The position numbers and the translations under genes are program-made. 64,000 nt of DNA from the NCBI RefSeq assembly GCF_009914755.1, contig NC_060935.1. One strand, given 5' to 3'. The notes under the pieces are model-generated. The model saw only the letters and a list, made by a program, of their open reading frames with translations, did no database searches and was not told where the DNA came from. The stretch's first letter is position 1. Each line of letters opens with the position of its first letter. Source of the stretch: the human T2T-CHM13v2.0 reference genome, Homo sapiens. Positions 1-14,256 of this stretch are shown here, piece by piece.

Positions 1-55
1 ATATAAATGTACCTACTTCACAGGATGTTTGTAGGGATTCATTATGAATATATGA

Positions 56-333
56 TTGGGCATGGTGGCTCATGCCTGTAATCCCAGTGTTTCAGGAGGC
101 TGAGGCCAGAGGATTTCTCAAGGCCAGGAGTTCAAGACCAGCCTGGGCAACAAAGGGAGGCCCTGTTTCTACAGCATATTTAAAATTTTGTCAGGCATGG
201 TGGTGCATGCCTGTGCTTCCAACTACTTGGGAGACGAAGATGGGAGTATTGGTTGGGCCAGGAGGTCGAGGCTGCAGTGAACCATGATTGCGCCACTGCA
301 TTTTAGCATGGGTGACAGCAAGACCCTGTCTCA
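56..333 (+). mobile_element. AluJ inserted within a MIR (MIR halves at about 1-55 and 335-400)
   Basis: Dimeric Alu with J-type GAGGTCGAGGCTGCAGTGA and GACCCTGTCTC; MIR core on both flanks. Confidence 0.85.
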
Positions 334-524
334 GTATATATGAATACATGTGAAGTGCTTCGCACAGTACTTGATGCAAACTAAGGGTGCAATAAATGCT
401 ACAATTCCTCTATAATACCATGCTGTCTGCCCATATGGAGCCTTATGTAAGAGAGGTATGAAGGGGGCAAACATCAAAACTAAATAAAGAGTAATCAGTT
501 GGTAGTTCTTACTGGTTATTGTAG

Positions 525-611
525 GACAACTCAAGGAGAGACAATAAAAGAAGTATGCTGTTCATTGTTGAGATTTCAGTTTTTTTTCAGTTGAAATTTC
601 ATTGCTGAGGG
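525..611 (+). pseudogene. Possible upstream pseudo-exon of the dynein-like pseudogene
   Basis: Acceptor ggttattgtag| and donor gg|gtaatg. One frame reads DFSFFSVEISLLR, weakly like the DNHD1 EHYIFSPFGILH block. The following intron would be only about 69 nt. Confidence 0.25.
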
Positions 612-680
612 GTAATGTGGTTCTGAATTTTCCAAATATCTTGCTCAGAAATATTTTAACACCTTCTGGCTATTCTACAG

Positions 681-897
681 ACAGCTAGCTAATTATGTTA
701 GGCATCAAATTTTGAAGAATAAAAGTAGAATTTTGTGGCATATCAAAAGTAAATCCAAAGTGTTAACTTCATCTTATTGCTGGAGAAGTTTGCTATTTGG
801 AGTTTTAAAAAATATATTCAGAAAGAGATTTAAAAAAAAGTTGTTTCAAATACACCTGTATTTACTGGACCACCCAAGCTTTTTAGAAGTTAATCAG
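681..897 (+). pseudogene. Dynein-like pseudo-exon 1
   Basis: ttctacag|A...AATCAG|gtagca. Open frame (ORF 712..930) reads QLANYVRHQILKNKSRILWHIKSKSKVLTSSYCWRSLLFGVLKNIFRKRFKKKLFQIHLYLLDHPSFLEVNQ, resembling the DNHD1 block CVLWQQLQ..RKSFTCWKKNV..HLLLAVPHF. Confidence 0.65.
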
Positions 898-2727
898 GTA
901 GCAATGTGCTATTCCCTACTCTGCCTCTAGCACACAAATGCTTCTTTTCCTCTTACGGGAAAGAACTATAATCTGTTTGATGCTTAATGTTAATGCTCAC
1001 AAATAAGCATTCTCCAACTTCTTGGGATCAGATATTCTGTCTATCCCTCTAAAATTACCTCATTCGGTGGTTGCCCCAGAGAAGTGCAGATTCCCAATAA
1101 AGCTTTGGGTTTATTAGGTTTCACACCTGCCTGAGGCTTCTCTGGAAAATAGAATTCAAGAAATGATCTTAGGTTTAAAGTCTAATGGGATGTGACTTAA
1201 ATCAGGATTTTTGTTATCTAACTTGTCTAAGCCTTAGTTTCCTCATCTATACAATTAAAATACTTATGTTGGATATAAGGGTATCTTGACCATGGTATAA
1301 GTTAGCTCCCCTGATTCCAGAAGGTTTGTTTCTTGCAAACAAAGAGTACATTCTGGTTCTGTTAAGCAGGAAAAAGGAATTTTTAAAAAGCCATTAGATA
1401 GTTATGGAATAAATTGCAATGCAGGGTTAGAGAAACAGGCTGAAGCTAAGCTGAACTTCTCAGAATCACCCATAACCACACCCCGGAACAGATAAGACAC
1501 CAAAACTTCCCTGATATTGCCATCATCACTTGTTGCCTGGATGCCAGGACTCTGATTTTACTACAGTGATAGACCAGGATATCAACTTTACTTTTCCCCA
1601 CAAGGTGTTCCCCCACGGTTGTCACCTGTGTCAGCAAAATTATGTCCTACTCAGAGGTTCTCTCTTTAGGTTACTCATTTCCAAATTGAAGTCCTGTGTG
1701 GGTATTTATGACAGACAGAAGCTAGGTCTTGTGTTCTCATCTTGCAAGGATGCTGAGGAGTGAAGTGCTCTGGATTCTACCTTATGAAGGTGGGGCTTTC
1801 AGAGTGGGCATTACCAGTATGTAGAAGGGTAGTCAAAAGATACTAGGTCCTTTCATAATGTTTTTCCTCTTAGGTCTAATAACAATGATACCATCTTTTT
1901 TTTTAAATCTACATTTACTAAATACTTAGCAATGGGCTAAATGAGACTACAATTATCTCCACTTTGCAGAAGAACAAATTGAGTCACAAAGATTTAGATA
2001 GTTTGCCTTTGGTTGGTAAGTGGCAGAAACAGAGCTGGATCCCTGTCTATCTGACTCCAAACTCTAAGTGGAAAACTCCAACAGGAAGCTGCCTCACAAA
2101 TCAAGAGGCTGTTTCACAGCACTTAAATCCTATTTCCTGTTCCTATATCTTTCCCTAAAAGCTTGTAAGTGCCCTGGCCTATTAACTCTTTGTTAATGCT
2201 ATTTTTTCAAAGCTAAACCCACCCAACAGCTCTGCCAGCTCTCTGACTCTGCAGAAAAGAATATGTGGGTGGGTTTGGGAAAGTGGGTCAGATAAGCACA
2301 CAGACTAATCTGGAGTCCTGATAGATGAGGTTGTGGAAAAAAAAAAATAAACCACGTTGGTGTCATGGATTTCCATTTGAGATGCTTTACTATAGAAGAA
2401 TGTAAGCACTCTTCCTATCTTCACATTGTCTCCCCAGGGCTGTGCAGGGTGGAACTCAGGCAATGAATGCAGTGCAGTGAAAAGAATGTGACCTGCAGAG
2501 GCATTCTGACTTGATTTCAACTTCTGGCTTTGTGACTAACTGGTAGTGTCAGCTTTGAGAAATGATTTAATGCTTCTGACCCTCAGTTTTCCTCATCTGT
2601 AAAATGGACCTGATTTTCAGAGTTATGGTGAGTGCGCTGCATTTTGTAATGTTTTGGTCTTCTCCCTCCTACATGTGTTTCACTCAGCCTTTTCCCTGGA
2701 ACACAGCATTCGAGACAAAGCTTACCT

Positions 2728-3098
2728 GCTGCCAGAGTCTGAATGTTTGTGTCGTTGCCAAATTCCTGTGTTGAAATCCTCACCCCCAAGATGATGGTAT
2801 TGGGAACTAGGGCCTTTTAGGAGGTGATGGAATTAGTGCCCTTATAATGGAGTTAGTGCCCTTATGATGGAGTTAGTGCCATTATAAAATAGGCCCAAGG
2901 GAGCTTGTTCGCCCCTTCAACCATGAGCAGACACAGTGAAGAGGCACTATTTTTGAAAGAGAAAGTGTAGCCTCACCAGATACCAGATCTGCTGGTGCCT
3001 TGATTTTGGACTCCCTGGCATCCAGACCTGTGAGAAATAAATTTCTGTTGTTTATAAGCTACCCAGTCTAGGGCATTTTAGTATCCCTAACTAAGACA
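2728..3098 (+). mobile_element. MaLR solo LTR (MSTD/MLT1A-like)
   Basis: TGAATGTTTGTGTC..GTTGAAATCCT..AATAAATTTCTGTTGTTTATAAGCTACCCAGTC..ACTAAGACA. Confidence 0.8.
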
Positions 3099-5756
3099 CC
3101 TGCAAGCACTTTATTGAAATCTCAGGGATGAAAGAGTGAAAATAAAAGGAGAATAAGGCAGGAAAGGAGGGAAAGTGAATGCAAAGAGGTGTGTTACCAA
3201 ACTCAAAAACATACTGCTAGTGCTTTTGGCCCTGAAGAAAGCTTCCGGAGAGGCCTTATAGGACCACTGGACCTCAGAACAGTTTGTCCAGGAAAAGAAA
3301 AGCAAGCACTTTAACTTGCTTACTTACTTTAACCTGTTACTTATCGGTGAAAAACAGCCCTGTGAGACTGCCCTGTCCTTCTGGAATGTGTGACTTGGTT
3401 TCTCCGAGTAGCCCCTAGAGAAGCCAAGATATTGGAAAGGTTGAGTTTTCTCCTTGATGGACATTCTAGAGACAATGTCAAAGCCTAGCCTCTGCTTCAG
3501 AAGTGGGTTGGGATGTGCAGAGACAGTGGCAGTAGGAGTTGAGGCAGCAGTGTCAGTGGTGGGCTTTATGGTCACGAGAAACATGTGAGCCATTATTGGG
3601 CTGCTCCGGAAGGGAAATGGGGCACATAACCAGGGCCTAGAGGACAGGAAGTGTATGGTGCAAACTGGGTCAAATACACTGTGTTTGGGGAATTACCCTT
3701 CTTTGGAGCCACAGTAGAAAGCTGCACCAACCCCACCATTGGAGCAGAAACCCCTTTCCCAGTGTTTCTTGCTGTTAGGGTACCACAAGGCTGCCTTCTA
3801 GGCCATGCTGTACTTATCAAAGTCCCACTCTAGACTTCAACTTAGAAACTAAAGAGGTCAAGAAGTGGGGACATCCCAAAATCCATTCTGGTGAGGAAAA
3901 GTCAGCAGGAGAAGCTATATCAGCTCCCAGGAGCTGTAATGCCCAGTGGCTAGCATTGGTAGTATTAAGGACACACGTGCATGTCTATGCGCAGAGGTGG
4001 CAGTATCATCATGGGATAAACCAATTTAGTTACTTAATTTTGGACGTCAGTCTTATTTCGGCCTTCCAAGTCTGGTTCTTTCAGCCTTCCTGAGATATTG
4101 TGAACTACCTATATCATATAATTTATATTTTTCTGTTCAAATTATCCAGGGTTCTTGTATGTAACAACCCTGACTGACACAATCATAACTGGGGAAGTAT
4201 ATGAGTGGCAGAGTATTTTTTTTGAAATAGTAATCATTTTCTCCCATTTGTTCTATTCCTTACTCAAGCATCTATGTCATTTTATTCCTGTGTTTTTTGA
4301 GGAATGATATGGTAGGATAAAAGCAAAGGATAAGAGAAAAAGAACAATTTCTGGCCTCCAAAGGCTGGTGGCCTCGGGGAGAGTAACAACAAAACTTCAA
4401 CAGACAAAATATTTGGAAATGATATCACAAGAATGAGAGAATTGAGCTGAGCTTCTCTTGTATGCTCCTGGATAGGAAAATTATTTCCCCGGAGTGGGGA
4501 GAGGAAAGAAATATGAGAAAACTGCAAACTGCTGGAGATATTTTTTACTGCTTCTAGAGAATGAGGTCTCAAAGCAGATATTAACTTTAGTTTTATATAG
4601 AAAAAAAATGAAGATTTATTTGTACCTGAGTTTGTGGCCTGAACTTTATTCACAGTACGTGCATTAACAGCAAAACAAATCACACAGCAAATTCCATCCA
4701 ACCTAGGATAAGCATACCATAAAATGGTGTTCAATAAACAGCACTCTTTTTTTTTACTTTATTTATATCTAGTTAAAAATGGAGACATCTGTGTTGCTCT
4801 GGCTAGTTAGTGAAAGTAAACTTAGGGGCCTGAGGCCATGTTGTTTTGTTTAGGGAGAGGAGTCTCAGTGCTGTTCAGAAATCTCATGCAGTCACTAAAT
4901 CTCACTAAATACATTCAATCAATAATGCACTTGGTTATGGGAGAAAAACAACGCTCTGAAGAACACCCCATCCTTTTCGTCCCATGGGTTCATACTAGGT
5001 CATCACAACAGGCATTTGCTGCAGCAACCAGTTTTGCATTCACACTAATCTGGAATTAAGCATTAATAGAGCCTTTAGAGTAAAGCCAATAAAATTGTCC
5101 TGGAGAGCTATTCATTCTCTGAGGAGAGGCACAGTCTGACCCCAAAGCACATGTGATTCAGGAAGATACGTGTTTCTGAGATGGGGGAGAAAAGGTCCTG
5201 TTTTGTTCCTCACTGCAGACTTGACTTTATCCTCAAATATTCATTTAGGAGAAGGCTGTCACAGTATTGTTTATAGTTACAAAGGTAACATATTTTATAC
5301 TTTCAATTGTTTCACCAGGGAAAAATGTATAGAAGGAGAGAGAACACTAAAGTAAATGTGGCAAATGATAATTCTTGAATATAGGAATGATAATTCTTGA
5401 ATATAGGTAGAGGATTTATGGGCATTCATCATACTATGCTTTCAAATTTGAAATTATTACTATGTTGAAAACATTTTAGGATCATTTAATTGAAGCAAGT
5501 GAAGTTGTGTAGAAGTGATCAGAATTATCTTGAAATTTAGCACTAAGGTTTCTGAAGCTTTTGATCGTCAGATCATATTAGGAGACTCAACTTCTCACCA
5601 GGGGATGGATCAATATTATTAGCTACTACATATTGACACTAACAGTACACTAAACACTGTGCTAAGAGGTTCTACATACATTTCATTCCACTGTGTCCAA
5701 AATACACCAATCAAAACCCCTACAAACTCCAAAAGGTAGGTAGTGTTAGCCCCATT

Positions 5757-5962
5757 TTATTTTTTTTGAGACAGGACTCACTCTGTCACCCAGGCTGGAG
5801 TGTAGTGGCACCAGCATAGCTCATTGCAGCTTCGACCTCCTGGGCTCAAGCAATCCTCCCATCTCAGCCACCTGAATAAATGGGATCACAGATGTGTGCC
5901 ACCACATTTGGCTAATTTTTTTACTTTTTGTAGAGATGTGGTTTTACTGTGTTGTCCAGGCA
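5757..5962 (-). mobile_element. Truncated AluJ inside a MIR
   Basis: TTTTGAGACAGG..CTCCTGGGCTCAAGCAATCCTCCC; right arm plus part of the left arm. Confidence 0.85.
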
Positions 5963-6559
5963 GGATCCCTATTCTACAGGTGAACAAATATCCAATCTAG
6001 GCTAATAACCCAGGTTTGACTGACTCCAAAGCCAATGTGGTATATAGCCTCTCAGATTCAACAACCAGAAGAGGGAAAGTGGTCATTATGAAACATGTTA
6101 AGAGAATAAGTATTTCAGTACAGGTCTTAAGACAGAGAAATCAGAAGCTCTATACTGCTCTTCAGTGGAGGCAATAGCCAGTTTGTGGGAGAGCTCTGCA
6201 GTCATCAGTGGAGGGGTAATTTGACAGAGGAGGAGAAGTAGGAATATAGAAGTGTACATACATATGGGTATGCACACATATATTAAGACATGCATTGACC
6301 TGTATATATACACACACATATGCATCATTAGCTTTTTGCTTCTGTAATGTAACCCTGGTTAAACATAGTATTGTTTCATCAGTTCTTCAACAAATGTGAG
6401 AAAGATCAGAATAAATATAGTGGAGTCATGTAAGCATGGTTCCAAGACGAATGGACTCCCCAGTATGGTGGGGGTCGTCTTGTAGTGTGTTTGATTGGAG
6501 ATGGGAGGCTCAGAACAACTTAACACAGAAATAAATTATTCCTGTGTCTTTATCTTTAG

Positions 6560-6679
6560 AAAATCATTAAAGACCAAAAAATTATCTGGCTCCCTCAACC
6601 GAAGTTTTCTTAGTTTTGGCATTGAAGGAAGGAACTCCCTTTTAGTTTACCTGATATAGTATAATAAAGAGTCTCAATA
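6560..6679 (+). pseudogene. Dynein-like pseudo-exon 2
   Basis: tctttatctttag|AAAATC...TCAATA|gtcagc, 120 nt, phase 0-0. Reads KIIKDQKIIWLPQPKFS*FWH*RKELPFSLPDIV**RVSI; WLPQ matches DNHD1 LLQELHSVSWLPQ. Confidence 0.65.
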
Positions 6680-7886
6680 GTCAGCACAATTGTTATTGTT
6701 TAATTTTTAAAAATTGAATTAGTTTGCTTCTGCAATTTGTTTCTCTAATTATGTCACTATAATTTCACTTTTTTTTTTTAAGGACATAGCCAATCCCCAA
6801 AAACTCAAATTCTCCAGTAAGCCACTGGAAATAATGGGAAGTGGGGCAACTCTGTTTTTAGCTCTTCACCCCTGGGCCTATGCATTCTTTCTCTTGAAGA
6901 CACAGAGCGCTTTGAAGGTCTTTGCATCCGTGCATATACTGCATATGGCAGATAATGTAAATCCTTGCAAAGTATTGCCTCCAAAATGGCACTGCAGCTA
7001 TGCTTTTCTCAGGAGGTTCCAATGATGGTTGACAGTTTCTGGGTAGTGAGGTATGTGATAGAACCAGTGAATCCTGTGATTATGGGCTCACTCTTGCACC
7101 TCCTTTGCTGTAAAGTAGGTCCCCTGGTCTGTTGTAATGTCATTTGGGATGCCACACCAGTGTATTAAGCATTCTATACATCTTTGGGTTTTGGCACAGA
7201 ATGAGGCCCAGAGGGCAGACAAGACAAACCCCTACCTGGAAGATGCTCATTCTTCTATGAGAACAAAATACTAGCTTTTTCAAGCATGGAATGGGCCACT
7301 AAGTGGTTTGTTGGTCTCCCTAAGGAATGGTGCCATACTGGGTACTTATTGTTGGTGTCTCTTGCCTGCAGATTGGACAATAGGCAGCAATAGTAACTAG
7401 ATCACAGTGGGCAAGCAGGAATTCATGCTGTTGGGCCTATGCATAATTTCCATCTCTGTTGCCATGGCCACTTTATTAGTTTGCCAATAATAGAGGTTGA
7501 ATTATACCATCTGATTGAAACATTTTGTCTACTTGGTCATTTAGTGCCTCTTCCACAGTCAGTGCTCTTTGGTAGGCATTAACATGTGGTACAAAGACCT
7601 TCACACTTTCAGCACAGTCCTACTTGTTCATCCACATGCATCTGTCTCAGACCTCCTTGTCCCACATCTATCTTCAAGACTTTTTCCTCTTAGGTCTGTT
7701 ATCAGTAGGCCAGGCCATTTGCCCTTGCCCCTGAGTTACTATGTATTCTAACCTTGGGCCATTTCTCCTTCCATACAAAGTGACCAGAGATACCACTGGA
7801 AGCTGTACCCAGCAAGAGTACAGCTGGGAGGCTCAGAAAAAATTAGCACAGAAATAATTCACTTCTGTGTCTCACTTTTGGAAAAC

Positions 7887-8313
7887 TGCCAGGTCTGACC
7901 AGCAGACCCTGGAGGAGCAACGGATGAAAAAATGTACTCAGACACAGGTATCCAGTGAAACAGCGGGCTGGGGGACCGGGCCACTCACAGAAAGAGTTGT
8001 AGCAGCTGTGGCCCTGACAAGTCATTTATTGAGTCAACACAACTTGTGGATAATTAACACGGTTGCCCCCTGGCCCTGAGAGAGCAGCCGTGCATGCTAA
8101 TGATTAAAGGCCAGGTTCCAAGGCCTATGTAAACTAATTTATCTAGATGAATTTCTTTACATCCCCTTGTTATCTAACCTTTGCTCTCAGGCCCCGGATA
8201 AGAGAGTTTGGCTGAAGGCAGCCTTTCGAAGCTTTTGCAAAACCTCCCAGCCTTCCAGGAAGGTTTGTATCTTTTCCTACAATTTCTCCCACTACCCTGA
8301 CGGATCTCCTAAA
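7887..8313 (-). mobile_element. Solo LTR22 (HERV-K HML-5)
   Basis: Reverse complement starts T(T)TAGGAGATCCGTCAGGGTAGTGGGAGAAATT and ends GGTCAGACCTGGCA; TSD GAAAA(C/T) on both sides. Confidence 0.85.
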
Positions 8314-8843
8314 GAAAATTACTAGTGATTTTTAAAGATATAAGTTAGCTGGCTCACCACTGTCATTTGTACTCACACCTGAGTGAAGTTCTAGTCTTGC
8401 ACCCGTGTATCAAGCCTACACACTAGTCTATAAGTCTAAACCAATCTCAGACGTTTTACTCCTTCTTCAGCTTATGGATAGATGGGATGCACCATATATT
8501 CATAACCATGAGCTGAGAGAAGGATGGTGGATACTAGTTCTGCTCATGCTTGATTTGAGACCTACCTCTTCCATGTTAAGGTGGATGGTTTGCTCAAATT
8601 TTTGACTTTTGTTGTTCTGGCAGGATCCAGTTCATGATAGTCAATTCCAGGCACATGATCACTTGGTCTCCCATAGTCATCTGCTCCACCTCTATCAGGC
8701 CACAGAAAGTATAATACCTGGTGGATATTTTTGGGTTCTAGAGACAGCACTGTATTCAGGGTATTGGTGGTAGAAAGCTTCCATTGGAGAATCACAGAAC
8801 AAACCTCTGGGGCTCTGGAGCAAAGCCATGCCACTTGCTGTGA

Positions 8844-9152
<309 letters not shown>

Positions 9153-9849
9153 CACTTATATACTTTTTGAGAAACAACTCGTGTGCTAGTGGGCTAGGAA
9201 CTCCAGTGCAATATTGCATAACAGAGACATTAAGAAGCACTCTTGACTTGTTCCTGTTCTTAAAAGGAAAATGTTCAATGTCTCACCCTTAAGTATGTTT
9301 CACGTAGTGTTTTGTAGATATCTTTTATCAGTTAAAGGTGGTTCCTCCTATTCTTCATTTGTGAAGAGTTTTTTTTTTAAACCATCAATTGATTTTTATA
9401 AAATGCTTTTTTGGTGTCTATCAAGTATTACCTAGTTAGTATAGTATTTGTTTTAACACTTTTTTAAAAATGATTTTACATCAATGTCTTGGGTGCTATG
9501 AATCTTTATATGGTCCTTGTCAGGTTTTTGACTCACAGTTCCAAAGCCTGACCTTCTTTGCTTTTTTTTTTTTGGTATACTGGAGCTCAGGCTCTGAGAA
9601 CCACATACAAAACATGGCTATTCTGCAGTCTTTCTGCTGTGGGTTTTCTTCTCTATTGATTGCTATTGCTGTGTTGCCCCACAGGTGTCTTAGACCACTA
9701 GCCTTAAAAGTAAGTTGAGAAGTGATCCTGCTTTTTCTGTTCTCTGGAATTATTTTGGCAAGATTAAAATATTTTGTTTCTTGATTGTGTATAACTATTC
9801 TTTGTTGAAGTCACCTGAATCTGGAACTTTCTTGTGGAAAGATGTTGAG

Positions 9850-10148
9850 TTTATTATTATTATTTGAGACAGGGTCTCACTCAGTTACCGTGGCTGGAGT
9901 GCAGTGGCATGATCTCGGCTCACTGCAGCCTCGACAACCTTCTGCTCAGGTGATCCTCCCACCTCAGCCTCCTGAGTAGCTGGGACTACAGGTGCATGCC
10001 ACCACACCCAGCTAGTTTTTGTATTCTTTTTAGAGATAGGGTTTTGCCACACTGCCCAGGCTGGTCTTGAACTCCTGGGCTCAAGGTATCTGTCCACCTT
10101 GGCCTCCCAAAGTGCTAGGATTATAGGCAGGAGCCACCACACCTGGCT
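9850..10148 (-). mobile_element. AluJ
   Basis: Full dimer with CTCCTGGGCTCAAG; flanking direct repeat GATGTTGA. Confidence 0.88.
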
Positions 10149-10346
10149 GGATGTTGAATTATTGATTGAATTTCTTTAACAGTTATTGGTCTTGAGTCAA
10201 TATTCATGAGCTATATATTTTTTTCTGGAAATTTTTCTAATCTAACTTTTCACAATTATTGGCAGAAAGTTAATATCCTTTTATCTTTTTGATGTTTGTG
10301 GAGGGTTAAGGTTATCTTTTTCATTATCCACACTGATTATTTGTAT

Positions 10347-10640
<294 letters not shown>

Positions 10641-10669
10641 CTGATTATTTGTATCTTATTTACTTTTAG

Positions 10670-10759
10670 GAAGCTCTTTACCTATAAAAAATGTTTAATG
10701 ACACTTGAGATGTTGCACAGCTATACTAACTTTCATGATACTTAATGTCTTGATGGAAT
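10670..10759 (+). pseudogene. Dynein-like pseudo-exon 3
   Basis: tttacttttag|GAAGCT...GGAAT|gtaatt, 90 nt. With a frameshift reads EALY../KCLMTLEMLHSYTNFH, like DNHD1 ALAEEKHKALRLLHRCLNL. Confidence 0.5.
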
Positions 10760-12964
10760 GTAATTGAACTCTTCCACAGTTGGAATTCAGAGACATACTG
10801 ACAGGTTTTGTTCCCTGTGGGTCTCATAAGCAAGTTGGATTGAAGGGAGAGACAGGAGAACACACAGTATGGGAGAAATATGTCTGAGGTTCAGAGTAGG
10901 CCTACTGAGTTCATAATGTTCATGAAACTAGTGGGTCCATGAATCAGTCAGGCTCCAGAAAAGACACAGAAACTATATCAGTAACTTGAACAGAGGAAGT
11001 TTACTATGAAGAATTATTAACCAGGTAAAATATGGTAAACTTTAAAAAAAAAGGCTTGTAAGGTATAATAAAGGTAGCAACTGCATAAAGCAGTTACCAC
11101 TCATAAGATTGAATCAAATGGGAATAAAAAACTTAAAAGTCTTATGAGTAGAGGGTATGTCTGTTGCAGAAGTACACTGCCTGCCACTCTAGGGAAGAAG
11201 AAACTTGTTGGAAGTCCGGCAGTGCAGAACTGTGAGAGCTGCTACTGCTTTCTTGAATTCTGCTGGGACAAACTGCTGATGATCCACTCCCTGCCACAGG
11301 GAAAATAAAATGAGAAAGAAGGAAAGGCCTTTCTTTCTCATGGAGGCAGGCACTCTGCCTCCGGCAACTTATTAGCAAAGTCTAACATTGAGCTAACTGA
11401 CAAAGGGGAAATGATTTGCACAGTCTGAGCTCCAGTATCACAAAATAGAACAAAGAAAGGTGGGGTTTTGAGCTGAGAGGGAATAACTTAATGACTGGAA
11501 CTGTTCATGTGTAGTTTGAAGCTGTGCCTGCTTAGCCAACTACTTATTTCTGCAAGTCCTCAATCCTGGCCTGTTTGTGCAATCTGAAAATGAGAGGACT
11601 GTCACATAAGGAAACAACATCAACAATAACAAGACAACAACAACAAAGGGTGTCACAAAAGATCTGAAAGCTCTCCAGAAGGACACAATTTTGGAAAAGC
11701 TGCTCACATGAAGTGGCAATGATCCTTCTTCCAGAAAAGAAGACTTGGACATTCGGGATTTGTATGAGATGAGCATCAATATAAATGGCAGAGTGGTATG
11801 GAAATTGAGTCGTCTAGAAAAGGTTGTCAGTGGTTTGAGAAGATACCTGTGGACAGCACAGCAATATAGTCAGTAGGGCAGAATGATGGCATGAGGAGCA
11901 GAGAGGCTACAGGGAAGCAGGTGGCAGTTGTGGTCGGCATGAGATCACACCCCATGGCACACATCACCCTGGTCACTAACACACCAGAAGTACTGATTTC
12001 ACCCCACAACATTAAGATGCAATAGAGGTCATATTGATTTTTCTTTCTCTACATGCACCCTAACTTGCTCTAAGACCCCTTCTGTACTGGGCTGTAGTAA
12101 ATTCAATTGCAGTTACTTTTTAAGTTTTCCTTTTCGTAGAGGCTTAACATAGATCCAGGCTTGTGTCTGTAGAAGTCACCCATCGTTCTGTTTCTCCTTT
12201 TGCCACTTGATGCTGCTCTCAATCTCTGGTTCTTGTGTTCCAGTGAAGCACCCTACTCTGGGAATCCTCACAGATACATTGTCATAAGAATACTCTATTG
12301 ACTGCAGACTCACCTCTAGATTCCCTTGCTGAAAATCTCCAGGCATAGAGTCTGACCTCTGTAGAATCTTACATTCTTCCTTCACCCAGCATGGGTTCTG
12401 TGTCTCCACCATTTCCTAGAATCTGGTAGTGAGAGTATAGACTTCAGGAAATTTTGAACTCCAGGTCATGTTAGTTCAACTTTCAGCTTAGGCTTTTCTC
12501 CAACATCAAAGCATTAGCTAGTGACTGTCAACTGCATGACCGATAGCTTCTGCTTTGGGCTGCATATGGTAGGCATGGAAGTGCACTACTCAGACTTCAA
12601 CACAGAACATGCTGCAAGGAGTGGATAGTGACAGCCTCCAGCTGCTGCACCATCAGAATCCAGTCCCGTGTCGATCAATGTCTCACTGTCTTCAGTCTGC
12701 TCCTGGCCAATGACCGAGCATGGCAGAAGTCCTCGAGTTGGTCATTTCTGATCAATGCTGGGCTTTTCTAATGTACTATATTCTTCGGTTCCCTAGTGGC
12801 ATAGAAAGGACTTTCTTAGAGCTGCACTATATTTTGAGGCTCTTCTTATCCGATTCTTCTTTATTCCCTTTTCCCTCTCACATAAGTCAGACATCACAGT
12901 GTGAGGCTCTCCCCACTTAACTCCTGTCACCTCTCTCCTTTATGATTAACAAGATAAAGTTGAA

Positions 12965-13133
12965 CTTTTTTTGCGTTTTATTTTTAGAGACAGGGTCTCA
13001 TCCTATCACCCAGGGTAGAGGGCAGTGGCACAATCATTGCTTACCACAGCCTCAAACTCCTAGGCTCAGGGGATCTTCCTGGGTAAGCTTCCTATGTAGC
13101 TGGGACTATAAGCATGAACTACCACACCCAGCT
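12965..13133 (-). mobile_element. Alu monomer (FRAM/AluJ right arm)
   Basis: AGAGACAGGGTCTCA..GTAGCTGGGACTATAAGCATG..CACACCCAGCT. Confidence 0.75.
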
Positions 13134-14130
13134 TAAAGTTACGCTTTACAATTTATATTGGTGTCTACTTCATGGAGGGTCCAAACTGACATACGCTGCA
13201 ATACAAAATTTGTTGGGAATCATCTCCAATCCTCTCACTTCACTCCTCCCTGAATCCATTCTTCAAAGATGCAAGGAGTTCAGACTCCATATCCGAAAGC
13301 TTGGCTACTACCTTTTATTGGGGGAAGAAATTATATTCACAACAGTAAAAACAGAAGCCAAATTGATATCTCATTCAATTGTACTGCCAAAAAGGCAAAT
13401 ATGGTATGTACTAGAAAAACCGCCAACGTATGTTAAAGATATATAAACCAAGGTAACTTACATCTTCACAAGAAAATAGGAGAAAGAAAAGAGACAAAGG
13501 AAGTAAGAAAGTGTTGCTCACAGCCAGTCAGTGACTATATGGCTTTGGAGACTTTCTATAACAAAAAATCGAAGTATACAAAGAATAAAGATCAAAATGG
13601 ATGTTAATAGTTAATCTGAATTTTATTATAACTTCTAGATGATTTCATTCTGGTGATAACAAGAGAAGTCCCAACATTGGAAGTATAAAGATTATCCTTG
13701 GAACAGGAAACAAAATAAAGTACAAAGTGATACAATAGAGAAAAAAGGGAAAAAAATTGAATTATGCTGAAGATGTAAAAGTGGAGAATGAGCTAGTGAG
13801 AGTGTTGGTATTTACTTCAAAAGGCACCAAACAATCGGGAAATAGGAAAAAAAATTGAATGGGTATGTGCAGGAATATATGCATCACAGGAAAATAGATA
13901 AGGATTATCAATCAGATTCTTTTTTCAATTGACTTACATAGCAGTGATGCATGACTCCCACCGATAGATACATCATTTCATTGATGGCGGCATTTTTCAT
14001 GGCACTATAGTAAACAGTGAAAACTTGATTACTTTTCAGGAAGATTACTTTTCAGTACCCAAGAAGGGAGCTGGATGTTATCCTCTGTTTAGTTTTCATT
14101 TGTGTCTTTCATCTTTAATATAATCAGTAG

Positions 14131-14256
14131 ATTATAAATAGAAACCTTTCAAAGTCCTGACTACTCCGTTTGAAATATAATGGGAAAGAAATACTCCTAA
14201 AAAAGAAGAGGGTTTTGAAAGCCAAAAAGCTTAACACATAAAAGAATATGAAGAGG
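14131..14256 (+). pseudogene. Dynein-like pseudo-exon 4
   Basis: Pyrimidine tract then aatcagtag|ATT...AAGAGG|gtggga, 126 nt, phase 0-0. Reads IINRNLSKS*LLRLKYNGKEILLKKKRVLKAKKLNT*KNMKR, like DNHD1 LIHEDT...SIYLQRVQHKQLEQKLKQ. Confidence 0.45.

Noticed and set aside
4282-4734. 150-aa minus-strand ORF, the longest in the track
   Set aside because: Non-ATG start, no recognisable domain and no convincing splice context; consistent with a chance ORF.
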